Source: Squalus acanthias (lineage: Eukaryota). From it: DNA of 64,000 bases. Under the pieces are notes generated by a model. It was not told where the DNA came from and did no database searches. It was given only the letters and a program-made list of their open reading frames with translations. The stretch covers positions 1,240,001 to 1,304,000 of the forward strand of contig JASTWF010000035.1 in assembly GCA_030390025.1 (NCBI GenBank), in the 5' to 3' direction. The translations under genes were made by a program, and so were the position numbers. Position 1 is the stretch's first letter. Every line of letters starts with the position of its first letter. Shown in pieces: positions 12,010 to 24,500 of the stretch.

Positions 12010-13026
12010 ATGGGAACCATTTATTTCCTTTCATCCTGCTCCTCAGATTCGGAGGAAGTGCAGCCGCAGCAGCAGCAGAACCAGGCACAACAGCAGCACC
12101 AACAGCAGGATCGCCAACCTTCTGCTCACCCACCTGATGCTGCACAGGGCTGCACGTCGCCGTAGGAGATACCCCCAACACAGGGTTTACAGGCCGAGGA
12201 TGACCTTCCTCAACATGACTGAGCAGCAGTGCCAAAGGAGGCTGAGACTTTCACGAGAGGTAGTCGCTGACATCTGCTCAATGCTGCACCAACATCTGGA
12301 GCCCAGAGGAGCGGGTGGACACCTCTTACCAGTGGCTGTCAAAGTCACCACCGCCCTCAATTTTTTTGCTTCAGGGTCCTTCCAGGGCTCATCAGCAGAC
12401 ATCAGCGGCATCTCCCAGTCGGCCGCACACACTTGCATCACGCAGGTAACTGATGCCCTCTTTGCCAAGGCGCACAATTGCATCCGCCTCTCGGCGGATC
12501 AAGCAAGTGTCACCGCGTGTGCGGTTGGCTTTGCAATTATGGCAAGCTTGCCAAGGGTGCAGGGCGTCATAGACTGCACACATGTGGCCATTAGGGCACC
12601 CCATCATAACCCAGCTGTTTGTGTCAACCGCAAGGGTGGCTGATGTCGCCGTTGAGGAGGCCATCGAATGAAGCTGAGGAGCGCTACAATGCCAGTCACA
12701 TTTTGACCTGATCCATCATCGAGCAAACCATCGGCTTGCTCAAGATGCAATTCAGATGCCTTGACAGATCAGGTGGAGCCCTACAGTACTCAGCAGCCAG
12801 GGTCTCCAGAATCATCGTGGTCTGCTGTGCACTGCACAACATCGCACAGCATCGTGGCTTGCAGCTGCCTGAGGAACAAGTGACTCAGCGCATAGCCTCC
12901 TCAGATGAGGAGGAGGGGGAGGAGGAAGAAGACCTTGCAGAGGCGGATGAGCCAGCTGCAGCAGCACGCGAGCACATTGCTGTCCGTGAAGCAAAGGATG
13001 CATTCATCTTTGCCAGATTCACTTAG
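12010..13026 (+). pseudogene. Harbinger DDE transposase (HARBI1-like), frameshifted with internal deletion
   Basis: [41 protein letters not shown] motifs; the HD/GDKGY segment is deleted at ~12640. Confidence 0.88.
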
Positions 13027-13298
13027 GTAGAGGAATCAAACACATGTGGCTGGCACCTTATCACACCATACACAATGGACAAGAGCCTGTGGGTTCCTAT
13101 CACTCTGACCACCATCATTACAAATGCAAGTCACCTTGAGCCCTCAATGTGCAACTTCCATTTCCCAGATCACATAGGCCAGAACTTCAACTGTTTGCCA
13201 TCACTTCTGTTTAATCAATGCACAAAAGGATGACAATGGCAAAAATTAAAGACAACAAAAGACAACAGGACAGAACACCCAAATGACTATCCTTGTGA

Positions 13299-15306
13299 CT
13301 AATTGTGCTTTACCTTCCTCTTACACGTGCTTCTACGTGGTGCTTCCCCTGTGGCTTCAGCAGATGTGGAGGCACCTTGCTCACTTTCATGCTGCTCCTT
13401 CTTCGACACTTTTAGCGGGCGTCCTCTGGTTTTGCGAGCCTGTGAGGGCTCGGCAACAGTCTGCTCCTCCTGTGGCTGTGCAGGAGCTGAGATGCCCATC
13501 TCAGTTGGGTGAGGACTCTGATGGGGCTCTGACCGAGGGCTACTCAGTGGCATGGGAGTGTGAGCACTTGGAGAGGAGCCCACATTTCCTTGTTGCCTGC
13601 CACCAACATCCCTCTCATGGGTCAGCCCCACTTAAGTGCTAGCAAGTGGCTGGACAACACCTTGCTGCACATCAGAGGGGCCATGAGGACCCGTATCTGC
13701 ACTAGCAATCCTACTCAAAAGGACGTCCATGAAGCTCTGGTTTCTCTGCTCAATAGCTGCCCATCGCTCCTCCAGAGATGTCTGTCTTTTCTGAACATTC
13801 ACCATGTTTTCCTGACTCTGGCGACTTAGTTCCTCCATGGCCGTAGCCATCCTCTCCTCTACCGTAGCCATCCTTTCCACAGAGGTAGCCATCCTTACCA
13901 TGGAGGTAGCCATCCTTTCCACGGAGGTTGCCATCCTTTCCGTGGTGGTGCGTTCATGCGCGATTGACTCCACAAAGGCACTGCTCATGTTGGAGATGGA
14001 CTCCTCCATCCTGTCCACACTCGCAGTAACCCTGGAGACAAAACTTGCCATAGACTCCTGCACCTGTTCCTGGAGTACCATCACCGCTCTCTTTCTGGAT
14101 GGACCCGGAGGCACAGGGTCCACATGCAGCTGAGCAGAGCTGGGAGCACCATGCGGCCTCCGACGAGGACTCTCCACTGCTGTCCCTGTCTCCACCACCT
14201 GCTGATGCTCACTTTTGAGCTGTGATACACCAGGTGACAGCACTACTCTGTGTCCCAAAGGTCCCACCGAGGTGTGCATATCTGCGCTGGTGCTGGGTGC
14301 ACTTAATTCTACTGATGCTGCGCCCTCAGAGGTTGCAGGTTCCTCTGAGGAGTTTGGGGGCTCAGGCTGTTCCTCCTGGACAGTAGGGAGGGGGGCTGTC
14401 GATGGTCCTGTGCGGGAGTAAAGGCATGAGTTAGACATGTGATTTTAATGTAGCATGCACATGGAATTGTGCAGATGATCATAAGTTAATCTGTATGAGC
14501 ATCAGATGCCATATCAGTCACTCATGCAATGTAAATGAGAGAGATGCAAATCTATTCTGTCACTAGCTTGCTCTGCTGCGCCCGTCTGACCGTCCCCCAC
14601 TTCCAGATCCTCATCATCTCTGATGATTTCCAGTGCCACCTCCTCAGCATTGGTGAGATGTGAAATGGAAGGTGGCCCTCCTCCTGTCTTAGCCCTCTCT
14701 GTCTTATTGTGGGCTCTCTTTTCCTGCAATGAGGGACACAAGTGGAGTTTGAGTGAGAATGATGGAGTGAGTTTAGAGGATCCATAGCATAGATGCTTAG
14801 AAGGAGATAAAGATGGAGTGAGGTGCCAATACCAAGGGCCCTCCCTGTGCGTTGTTAGTTGTTGTCATTACATAACAGTGTTAGCGAGTGTGAGGGCAGC
14901 ATAGTCGAATTGTGAAGTGATTGTGTACATAGAGAGCGAGGGATGGTTAAGGGTGCAAGGGATGTAAGGGTAAAGTGGGATGTGCAGGAGTAGGTTGACA
15001 ATGCAGAGTGCTGGTGATGAGAGGAGATGGGGGGCAGATTGAAGGTAAGTGTGATGTTATACTCACTGTTCCTGAGCGTACCAGGTCATTGAACCTTTTC
15101 CTGCACTGCACCCAGGTTCGAGTGCACAACGGTCTGGAGCTAACCTCCTGAGAAATTTGCAGCCAGGCTGCTTTGCTTTGCTGTGGAGGCTTCTTCCGCC
15201 CAGAAGATGGGAAGAGTACCTCCTTGCACCCTCTATCTCCCTCCACAAGAGCATGGAGGGAGTTATCATCAAATCGGGGAGAGGCCTTGGCCCTTGAAGC
15301 AGTCAT
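13299..15306 (-). pseudogene. Harbinger Myb/SANT-like DNA-binding gene, 3 exons (15306-15067, 14723-14564, 14407-13299), one in-frame stop at 13632-13634
   Basis: W..I...VS...RTWVQCRKRFNDL and TGGGPP motifs; GT-AG introns with consistent phases. Confidence 0.82.
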
Positions 15307-15742
15307 GGCAGCAGTTGTTAGAACAAAATCCAGCATCAAATAATGAGAGAATGAAACAAGGCTGCATGTGCCCCTTAAATGCAGCTGGCTCACAGACGTC
15401 AGCAGAGGCGAGTTGCAGACCAAAAACCACTAATTGGCCAGGAGAGCGCGCACGCAGGGACTCAATAGCCCAATTAGGGGAAAATTGCCATTTTTTATCG
15501 GCTGAAAGCGGCAGCGGGACCGGAACCCGCCGACCACCTGACCCGCACCCAACCCGCCACCAATGAGAAAATCGCGGTCATGGTGTCTGTCTTCACGGAA
15601 GAAGACACAAAAAACTATATCCAAGTTTGCTGATGATACAAAGCTGGGTGGGAATGTAATTTGTGAGGAGGATGCAAGGAAGCTTCAAGGGGATATAGAC
15701 AGGCTCAGTGAGTGGGCAAGAACATGGCAAATGGAATATAAT

Positions 15743-16415
15743 GGCCTGTATTTTCCGATCGGAGGCTTCCTGCGTGCGGAGGCCTCCGATCTGGAAAAAA
15801 TCTACGAACTTACCTGAGGGCTCCCAAGGTGTGTACACTTCTGCTCCTGGGCCTCTCCAAACTCGAAATGCGCAGGGCCCACGCATCCCAGAGGCGCATG
15901 CAGTTTGCAAGCGTCCCTGGGATCACGTGGGCCATGGGGAGCCAATAGGAGAAGGGAATCTCCCTTCATACACTTGACCGATCGACCTGTCAAATATATG
16001 ATTGGAGATCACCCCAAAAACACTTTAAAACATTAAATACATTTTTTAAAAACCATCACGTTTTTAAAATGAGTTAAAATTACAATCAATTAAATATTTT
16101 AAACAAAAATTTAATTTATTGAAAAAAATAATTAAAGGTTTTTACAGGGCTAAAAATAAACTTACTATTTTTAAATTATAAATGAGTGAAAAATTTTTAA
16201 ACTATTTTTTTTACTTTTTTCAACTCTTGTGCTGGTAAAAGCCGGCCTTATGCCGGCTTTTACCAGGCATAAGATTTCTAAGGGTTTTCTGCGGGCGGAG
16301 GTTCTCCAGAAAGCGGAACTAACCGCCCGCAGAGGCCCTTCTCTAGGGCAGGCGTCCGATCTGTCAAGAGCATTCACAGCTTGTACACACCCGTAGGCAT
16401 CGGAATATACGGGCC
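15743..16415. mobile_element. Harbinger-type MITE
   Basis: TIR GGCCTGTATTTTCCGAT / ATCGGAATATACGGGCC (15/17); TSD AAT. Confidence 0.88.
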
Positions 16416-16616
16416 AATGTGGAGAAATGTCAAGTTATCCACTTTGGTAGGAAAAATAGAAAAGTAGAGTATTTTTTAAATAGTGAGAGATTGGGAAATG
16501 TTGGTGTTCAGAGGTGTCCTTGTACAAGAATCACTGAAACTTAACATGCAGGTACAGCAAGCAATTAGGAAAGCAAATGGTATGTTGGCCTTTATTAAAA
16601 GAGGATTTGAGTATAA

Positions 16617-17451
16617 GGGCTGGATTTTGTAAATGGAGGCGAGTTGGAAGCGGGACAGTGGCTTGTCGTGTCAATGTCCCGCCTCCATCCTCGTCTGACC
16701 AACCAGAGGGATTTTCCCCTGATTGACCTTGTTAAGCCGGCCCTGCGGGCTCAGCAGGCCAATTAGGGAGGAAGTCACTGACAGAGCACATCAACGTCTG
16801 ACGTGCTATCTGTCAAGACTTCTTGAAAGAAGAAATGTCAACGTTTGACAGCTCTGTGAAGCTGTCAAACACTGACATTCTCTTTAGTTTGATGCGTCCT
16901 TGTGTTGAGGACTCATCAAACCTTTCAAATTTGTAAATTTCACATGGCTGTTGGAACGGAGGTTCCAACAGCCATTCTGTGAAATTGACAAGCAGGATGT
17001 CGACTCTCCCGATCCACCACGGCTAAAGGCGTAAGGAAGTAAACTAGGGATGTGAACACTTTTTTAAACTTATCACTCACCTTGCATACTTACCACTCCA
17101 CACTTACGCCCATCACTCGCCTCTACACCTTACTTCCAGGTGCCTCCGACCGCCGCAGACCTCCTCCACGTCTCCTCCAACCCGGCGGGGTTCTCCGAGG
17201 TCGGGAAGCCTTCACCTGTGAAGGTAAAATGGCACTAATCCTTTTTTCTGCCTGTTAACAGGCAGTTAAAAGGATTAAATGCCTTTCCTGCCTCCAGGAG
17301 ACGGGACCCAAAGCTGCACATCTTCCCACCTCCTGGCAAAAGGGCACGGAGGCGGGATGGGGGTGGCTTTGCCATCCGCCCCCACTTTCTCCGAGTTTAC
17401 TGGCTGTCCCGCCTCCATGCCCGCCTCCTCGGGGCTTAGAAAATCCAGCCC
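16617..17451. mobile_element. Harbinger-type MITE
   Basis: Perfect 12-bp TIR GGGCTGGATTTT; canonical TAA TSD. Confidence 0.92.
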
Positions 17452-18134
17452 TAAGAGTAAAGACGTCTTACTGCAATTATATAGGGCCCTGGTGAGACCA
17501 CACCTGGAGTATTGTGTACATATACTTGATATACTTGCCATAGAAGGAGTGCAACCAAGGTTCACCAGACTGGTTCCTGGGATGGGAGGTTTGTTCTATG
17601 AGGACAGATTGAGTAGACTAGGCCTATATACTCTAGAGTTTAGAAGAATGAGAGGTGCTCTCATTGAAACATACAAAATTCTTACAGGGCTTGACAGGGT
17701 AGATGCAGGGAAGATGTTTCCCCTGGCTGGGGAGTCTAGAACCAGGGGTCACAGTCTCAGAATAAGGGGTCAGCCATTTAGGACTGAGATGAGGAGAAAT
17801 TCCTTCACTCAGAGGGTGGTGAATCTTTGGAATTCTCTACCCCAGAGGGCTGTGGAGGCTCAGTCGTTGAGTATATTCAAGACTGAGATCGATAGATTTT
17901 TGAATATTAAAGGGAATCAAGGGATATGGGGATAGTGCAGGAAAGTGGAGTTGAGGTAGAAGATCAGCCATGATCTTATTGAATGGCGGAGCAGGCTCGA
18001 AGGGCCAGATGGCCGACCCCTGCTCCTATTTCTTATGTTCTTATGGGTATAAACACCGGCATGGACCAGTTAAGACGTGTGGCCTGTTTCTGTACTGTAG
18101 AATCTCTGTAATTCTCCCACTCTCTCTCTGATAG

Positions 18135-18243
18135 GTGCGACGTCTGCTGAAAGTATTTGTTATGAAATTACGAATTCAGATGGAAATCAATATGGGAACT
18201 GCGGCCAGGACAAAAATGACAAATACATAAAGTGCGAGGATAA
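18135..18243 (+). CDS. ADAM15: ADAM15-like exon, cysteine-rich domain (not in ORF track)
   Basis: ctctctctgatag|GT...AA|gtaagt; 109 bp, phase 1-2. (G)ATSAESICYEITNSDGNQYGNCGQDKNDKYIKCED(K) carries the ADAM NxxGxxxGNCG motif, and phases fit both neighbours. Confidence 0.9.
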
Positions 18244-18529
18244 GTAAGTTTGTCAGAAAAATCCAGCTTGTTTAGAACTGCCAGCGCGAATGCAGGAATT
18301 TTATACTAAGAGTAATTGAAAAGATTGTGCTGTTTTATATTGTTCTAAATTATGATTTAATAAATCGTGTAATGAAGTATCACATGGAGAAATCAGTAAC
18401 ATCCGGTCACAACATCAAAGTATATTGAACCAACAACATGGAGCCTTCCCTAGTGGCTCATTGATAACGACTCGGAGGGGTTGAATTTCCATGGCTGTTC
18501 CCGCCGATCTTACAGATGATCGGGAAAAC

Positions 18530-18630
18530 GTGTGTGTGTGTGTGTGTCTCTCTCTGTCTGTGCGTATGTGTGTGTCTGTGTGTGTTTGTGTGTACGTGTG
18601 TGTGTATGCGTGTCTCTGTTTGTGTCTGTG
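18530..18630. repeat. Imperfect (GT)n microsatellite
   Basis: Seen directly. Confidence 0.9.
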
Positions 18631-18946
18631 GCTCCGATATTTACTGGTGCGGGTTTTGTGAGCGGGGTGGAGGGGTTTTGGCCGCATGCTGCGTATGTTT
18701 TAACGACACACTGTGCGTCTTTTTTTTCCAAGCAGGATGATGCCCGGAAGCCAGCCTGATTGACAGGCTTGGCTTCCTGTTGGCTGTCGGGCGGGGAACA
18801 CTCTGGAGGAGGTCGCAGGCCCGGAGCAGATAGGGAGGCTGTGGCTGGGTTAGTGGGGGGTGGGGGGTCCGGATCTTGTGCGGGGTGGTCGCCCATCAAC
18901 AGCTGCCATGTGAGAGAAATAAATAAATAAATAAATAAAAATGTAA

Positions 18947-19448
18947 ACTCGAGGAACAGCACCTCATCTTCCGATTAGGTACTTTACAGCCTTCTGGACT
19001 CAACACGAGTTCAACAATTTCAGACTATAACCTCGGCCCCTATTTTCTTTCTTTCTTTCTTTCTTTCTTTATTTATTTCTCTCACATGGCAGCTGTCATT
19101 CATTCTGCCAGTGCCATTTACACTTCATCTAGAGTCATCTTTTGTTCCTTAACTTGTCCCATTACCATCTCCTTTTGCCTTGCATCATCATGCCTTTTGT
19201 CTTTTAATCTCTCCTGCCTTCCATCGTATCACAGACCTTCCATTTTGTTCTTTCCTCCCCTCCTCCCTTACCCTGCCCCACACTTCCTTAAAAATCTGTT
19301 ACATCTCTAACTTTTTCCAGTTCTGACGAAGGGTCATCGACCTGAAACGTTAACTCTGTTCCTCTCTCCATGATGCTGCCTGACCTGCTGAGTGTTTCCA
19401 GCATTTTCTGTTGTTATTTCAGATTTCCAGCATCCACAGTATTTTGCT
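18947..19448 (+). mobile_element. Penelope-like element 3' end
   Basis: LEEQHLIFRLGTLQPSGLN followed by the same terminal repeat as in 8920-10651. Confidence 0.82.
19319..19355 (+). ncRNA. Minimal hammerhead ribozyme motif (type A)
   Basis: AGUU-CUGACGA-A-GGGUC(AUC)GACCU-GAAACGUU-AACU. Confidence 0.62.
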
Positions 19449-19451
19449 ATA

Positions 19452-20188
19452 GGCCCAGAAATTGATCTCGCTCTGTTCCCGCGGGGGTAAGCCTTCCCCG
19501 CGATGTCTCACCTCGCTTATGCTTTTTCTGATCCAGCTCGCACGAACTTGATGTTCCAGACATCAGCTGTGCTGGGCTTGCGTATCCCAGCGGCGTAGTG
19601 AATTCGTGCGAGCTGTGGGATCACGTGACTCAGTTAGAGCCAATGGCAGCACACCATCTTCCATTCATAAGTCTCACAGCATGGCTGTGAAATCTATGAA
19701 TCTTACACCCCCCCAAAATAACAGCTAAACCTCAATTAAAAAAAAACCATCACATTAATAAAATAAGTATAGTTAATTAAATTAACCATTTTAAATAAAA
19801 AATTAAATTTTTGAAAAAATTTAAAATCTTTTAAAAAGTTATAAAAATAAACTTACCTGTCTTTAAAGTCTATAAAAAAGATATACCTGTAAAAAAAAAT
19901 TCAAAAAAATACTTAATTCACTACTTACCTTCTTAAAAGCGGGTCTTACTCCTCCTTTTTACATTTCCAAAATCTTCCCTACTTACCTGCGCGTCCAAAG
20001 CATGAAGTGCACAGCGTGCGCGCAGCCTGTAGCGCGCACGCGATGCACCCAGGCCCCGCCCCCTTTTCAGAAGAGCAATTGCCGGTTTTCAGCGCATGCG
20101 CAGGGCATGCAGAAAACCGGCAATTGGAGTGGGAATACGCGAGAGTACGCAGTGCGTACTCTCGCGTCGCGGGATGAATTTTCGGCCC
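19452..20188. mobile_element. Harbinger-type MITE related to 15743-16415
   Basis: Degenerate TIR GGCCCAGAAATT / AATTTTCGGCCC; shares GATCACGTG..GAGCCAAT and an AT-rich core with 15743-16415. Confidence 0.7.
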
Positions 20189-21192
20189 ATTGTGTTGAAG
20201 CAGGTAAGCTTGGTGGGCTGCGAGGAAGCACTCCGGCTCCTCCTGGCCCACAAGCAGTGCTGTAAAGGCACTTACCTTTTCCACAATCTGTACTCGCCTC
20301 CCTTGAGCTGCCTGGTTAAACCTGGAAGATAGGTTAAATATGAGGCACACAGCCTCATTCTAATATTTAAATGGCCAACCTGCCTCCTGGGAGCGGATTG
20401 GTTGCTCACCCTCCGTTCCTCCTCCGTTAAAACTTGAAATGGGCAGGTTGGAGGTAGATTGGAGTCGGGTTTGTGACTTTAAAAATTTTAACATCTCACC
20501 CGACCCAAGCCCCCGTTTTTTGGGGTTAAAATGATCCTCTGTGTGTCTGTGTGTGTGGGAGAGATCACCTGGACTGTTTAAATAACCAAAGCCTAAAACA
20601 AATCACAAATGACCCAAGTCACGTGACCCGATCTGTATATTTAAAGCAGGACTCCGTTGCCTTCCTGCGGGTGTCCTTCTCAAAAGAGCAGGTTTCCACC
20701 AGGCGGGGGAATTAAAATCGGGGCCATAGGTCTCAGTAGATGAACAAAGTCCAGGATTCATCTAGTTCACCTTCTACCATCCTGGTAGTCATATCTTACG
20801 ATAATGGGTTTGTTGACTAAACGCGGCAATTAATCTCTTTCAATTAGTCTACAACAGACCCAGACACGAGGCGCGGGCAATCCCAGTGGTGGAAAGCTTT
20901 GTGAACCATTTCGGGCCCTTCCTGGATTTTTGGCAGGAATGCTCCAGAGGTCCCGCAGCATTTTAAACCATTAGCGTTATCTGCTTCAAACATCCATCAG
21001 TTTTATACTGAAGGAGACAGATGGACAAAATCATAGGCACAGGTGTATTTACAGGGGCCACAAACAGATCCAACAAGGGTCTACAAATCCTGCAGGGAGA
21101 AAGGTTGAGGAGACCACAGGGAAGAAGGAGTAAATTGTAAAACAAAAAGGTCACAGGAGCAAAGAGGGACAAGAGATGAGCATAACTGTAAG

Positions 21193-21532
21193 TCATGACG
21201 TATGAAGAGAAATTGGGACGATTGGGCTTGTATTCGCTAGAGTTTAGAAGAATGAGAGGGGATCTCATTGAAACTTATAAAATTCTAACAGGACTAGACA
21301 GACTAGATGCAGGAAGGATGTTCCCGATGGCGGGGGAGTCCAGAACCAGGGGACACAGTCTAAGGATAAGGGGTAAGCCATTTAGAACTGAGATGAGGAG
21401 GAATTTCTTCACCCAGAGAGTGGTGAACCTGTGGAATTCTCTACCACAGAAGGCAGTTGAGGCCAATTCATGAAATATATTCAAGAAGGAGTTAGATATA
21501 TTTCTTAAGGCTAAAGGGATTAAGGGATATGG
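21193..21532 (+). mobile_element. CR1 RT C-terminal fragment
   Basis: SLEFRRMRGDLIETYKI...WNSLP. Confidence 0.88.
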
Positions 21533-24500
21533 GGAGTGCAGATCGGAACAGAGTGTTAAGCTGTGAGTTTGGTGAGTGAGGGAGTAAATCTTAAAGGTTA
21601 ATCTCTTATTTTTATAAATTCTAGTCTTGTGTGCTTGCAATTAGCATTTAAATTTACTGTTTCAAGTTTTCAGTTGGGCAAGGCTAAGCAAGCTCTGTGC
21701 TGGAGAGCAGGTGAGAGTAATTAATTAATTAAGTGGTCTAATCTGGTTCTGCAACTGCCAGAGAGCTCACTTATTTAAATCTCAGCAGTACAAATAAGGG
21801 AGGCTAGAGTGCAGTTTGTCATGGAGTGCAGATTGGAACAGAGTGTTAAGCTCCGAGTTTGGTGAGTGAGTGAGTGAGTTCGGGGAGGGAGGTGTTCCTT
21901 TCTTTTTCCATCTTTGTCAGCTTCCAGGAGAGCAGGAGCTAAAAAGCTGCACAAGAGGGAACAGAGAACCAGCGGTGAGTATTTCTACATTCCAGTCATT
22001 AAAGTAAAAGTAATGTCTCTAGTTTAGAGTAAGTCGTGTTTAAAGTGAAGTAAGGTCCCTAGTGTATTTAATATTCTTTAATTTAAAGGGAGTAAAGTAA
22101 GGGTAGGACATGGCTGGGCAGCTCGGCAGCGTGGAGTGCTCCTCCTGTGCTATGTTGGAAGTCAGGGACACTTTAGGTGTCCAGGGCGAACACATGTGCA
22201 GGAAGTGTCTCCAGCTGCAGCTACTCGAAATCCGCGTTTCAGGAGCTGGAGCTGCGGCTGGAGTCACTGTGGAGCATCCGCGAAGCTGAGATCTTTGTGG
22301 ATAGCACGTTTAACAAGGTGGTCACACCGCAGGTAAAGAGCGCACAGGCAGACAGGGAATGGGTGACCACCAGACAGAGTAAAAGAACTAGGAAGGTAGT
22401 GCAGAAGTCCCCTGGGTCAATCTCCCTCTCCGACAGATTTTCCGTTTTGGATACTGATGGGGGAGATGGTTTCTCAGGGGAATGCAGCAAGAGCCAAGTC
22501 CGTGGCACTACGAGTGGCTCAGCTGCACAGGAGGGGAGGAAAAAGAGTGAGAGAGCAATAGTGTTAGGGGATTCTATCGTAAGGGGAACAGATAGACGTT
22601 TCTGTGACCGCAGACGTGACTCCAGGATGGTATGTTGCCTCCCTGGTGCCAGGGTCAAGGATGTCACTGAACGGCTGCAGGGTATTCTGAAGGGGGAGGG
22701 CGAACAGTCAGAGGTCGTGGTTCACATTGGTACCAACGACATGGGTAGAAAGAGGGATGAGGTCCTGCAAGAATTTAGGGAGCTAGGTAGCAGATTAAAA
22801 AGCAGGACCTCAAAGGTTGTAATCTCTGGATTACTCCTGGTGCCACGTGCGAGTGAGTATAGGAATAGAAGGATAGAGCAGATGAATGCGTGGCTAAAGA
22901 GTTGGTGCAGGAGGGAGGGCTGTAGTTTCCTGGATCACTGGGTCTGCTTCTGGGGAAGGTGGGACCTGTACAAGTCGGACGGGTTGCACCTGAACCGGAA
23001 CGGGACTAACATCCTTGCGGGGAGGTTTGCTAGTACTGTTGGGGGGGGTTTTAACTAACTTGGCAGGGGGATGGGATACCGAGTGGAGCTATAGTAGGGG
23101 GTGATGCACAGCCAAATATAGAGGAAAAAACAAGTCAGTCTGGAAGGCAGAGCAAATATGTAACAGCACAAGGGAGTATGGCAAGGCTGGATGGCATTTA
23201 TTTTAATGCAAGGAGTCTTGCGAGTAAGGCAGATGAATTGAAGGTGTTGATGAACACATGGGAGTATGATATTGTTGCTATCACAGTGACATGGTTGAGG
23301 GAGGGGCAGGACTGGCAGCTCAATATTCCGGGGTATAGAATCTTCAGGTGAGACAGAGGGGGGTGTAAAAGAGGAGGGGGTGTCGAAATATTAATCAAGG
23401 AGTCAATTACTGCTCTACGGAGGGATGATATCTTAGCAGGTTCCTCTCATGAGGCCATATGGATAGAACTTAAAACCAAAAAGGGGGCAAGCACTTTGCT
23501 GGGAGTGTACTATAGGCCCCCAAACAGTCAGGGGGAGATAGAGGAACAGATATGTAGGCAAATCTCAGAGAACTGTAGAAATAATAGGGTAATAATAGTA
23601 GGGGATTTCAACTTCCCCAATATTAACTGGGATAGTCAGAGTGTGAAAGGCTTAGAGGGTGCAGAATTCTTAAAGTGCATCCAGGAGAGCTTTTTGAGCC
23701 AGCATGTAGAAAGTCCTACAAGAGAGGGGGCGGTACTAGACCTAATTCTGGGGAATGTAGCCGGGCAAGTGGTAGAAGTGTCAGTAGGAGAGCATTTTGG
23801 TGACAGTGACCATAATTCGGTGAGTTTTAAGGTAGTCATGGAAAAGGACAAAGATAGACCGGAAATAAATTGGGGGAAGGCCGATTTTAATATGATCAGG
23901 CAGGATCTGGTCAAAGTGGACTGCGATCAGCTACTTGTAGGAAAATCCACATCAGAGCAGTGGGAGTCTTTCAGAAAGGAAATAGAGAGAGTACAACGCC
24001 AACATGTTCCCATAAAGGTCAAGGGTGGGACCAACAAGCCCAGGGAACCCTGGATGTCAAGGGATATATGAGAATGGATTAGGAAAAAAAGGGAGGTTTT
24101 TGGCAGATACAAAGGACTAAAAACAGTGGAAGCCCTAGAGGAGTATAGAAAGTGTAGGGGGGTACTTAAAAAAGAAATTAGGAGAGCGAAGAGGGGGCAT
24201 GAAATAACACTGGCGGGCAAAATAAAGGAAAATTCCAAGGTGTTTTATAAGTATATTAAGGGCAAGAGGATAACCAGGGAAAGAGTAGGGCCCATTAGGG
24301 ACCAAAGTGGCAATCTGTGTGTCGAGCCAGAAGATGTAGGTGGGGTTTTAAATGAATATTTTGCATCTGTGTTCACTATGGAGAAGGACGATGTAGGCAT
24401 AGAAATCAGGCAGGGGGATTGTGATATACTTGAATAAATTAGTATTGAGAGGGAGGAGGTACCAGCGGTTTTAGCGGGCTTAAAAGTGGATAAATCCCCA

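Larger units (their letters stand above)
11284..15579 (+). mobile_element. PIF/Harbinger DNA transposon #1 (defective)
   Basis: TIR GGCCGCGATTTT / AAAATCGCGGTC; convergent transposase and Myb-like genes; CR1 resumes on both sides; TSD unclear. Confidence 0.9.
8528..18045 (+). mobile_element. One CR1 ORF2 copy split by four insertions (pieces 8528-8919, 10652-11283, 15580-15742, 16416-16616, 17452-18045)
   Basis: CR1 text resumes across each insertion ([29 protein letters not shown]). Internal deletion near 15612; 3' UTR tail ends ~18045. Confidence 0.85.

Noticed and set aside
18510..18962. Cys/Val- and His/Thr-rich ORFs
   Set aside because: Translations of a (GT)n microsatellite.
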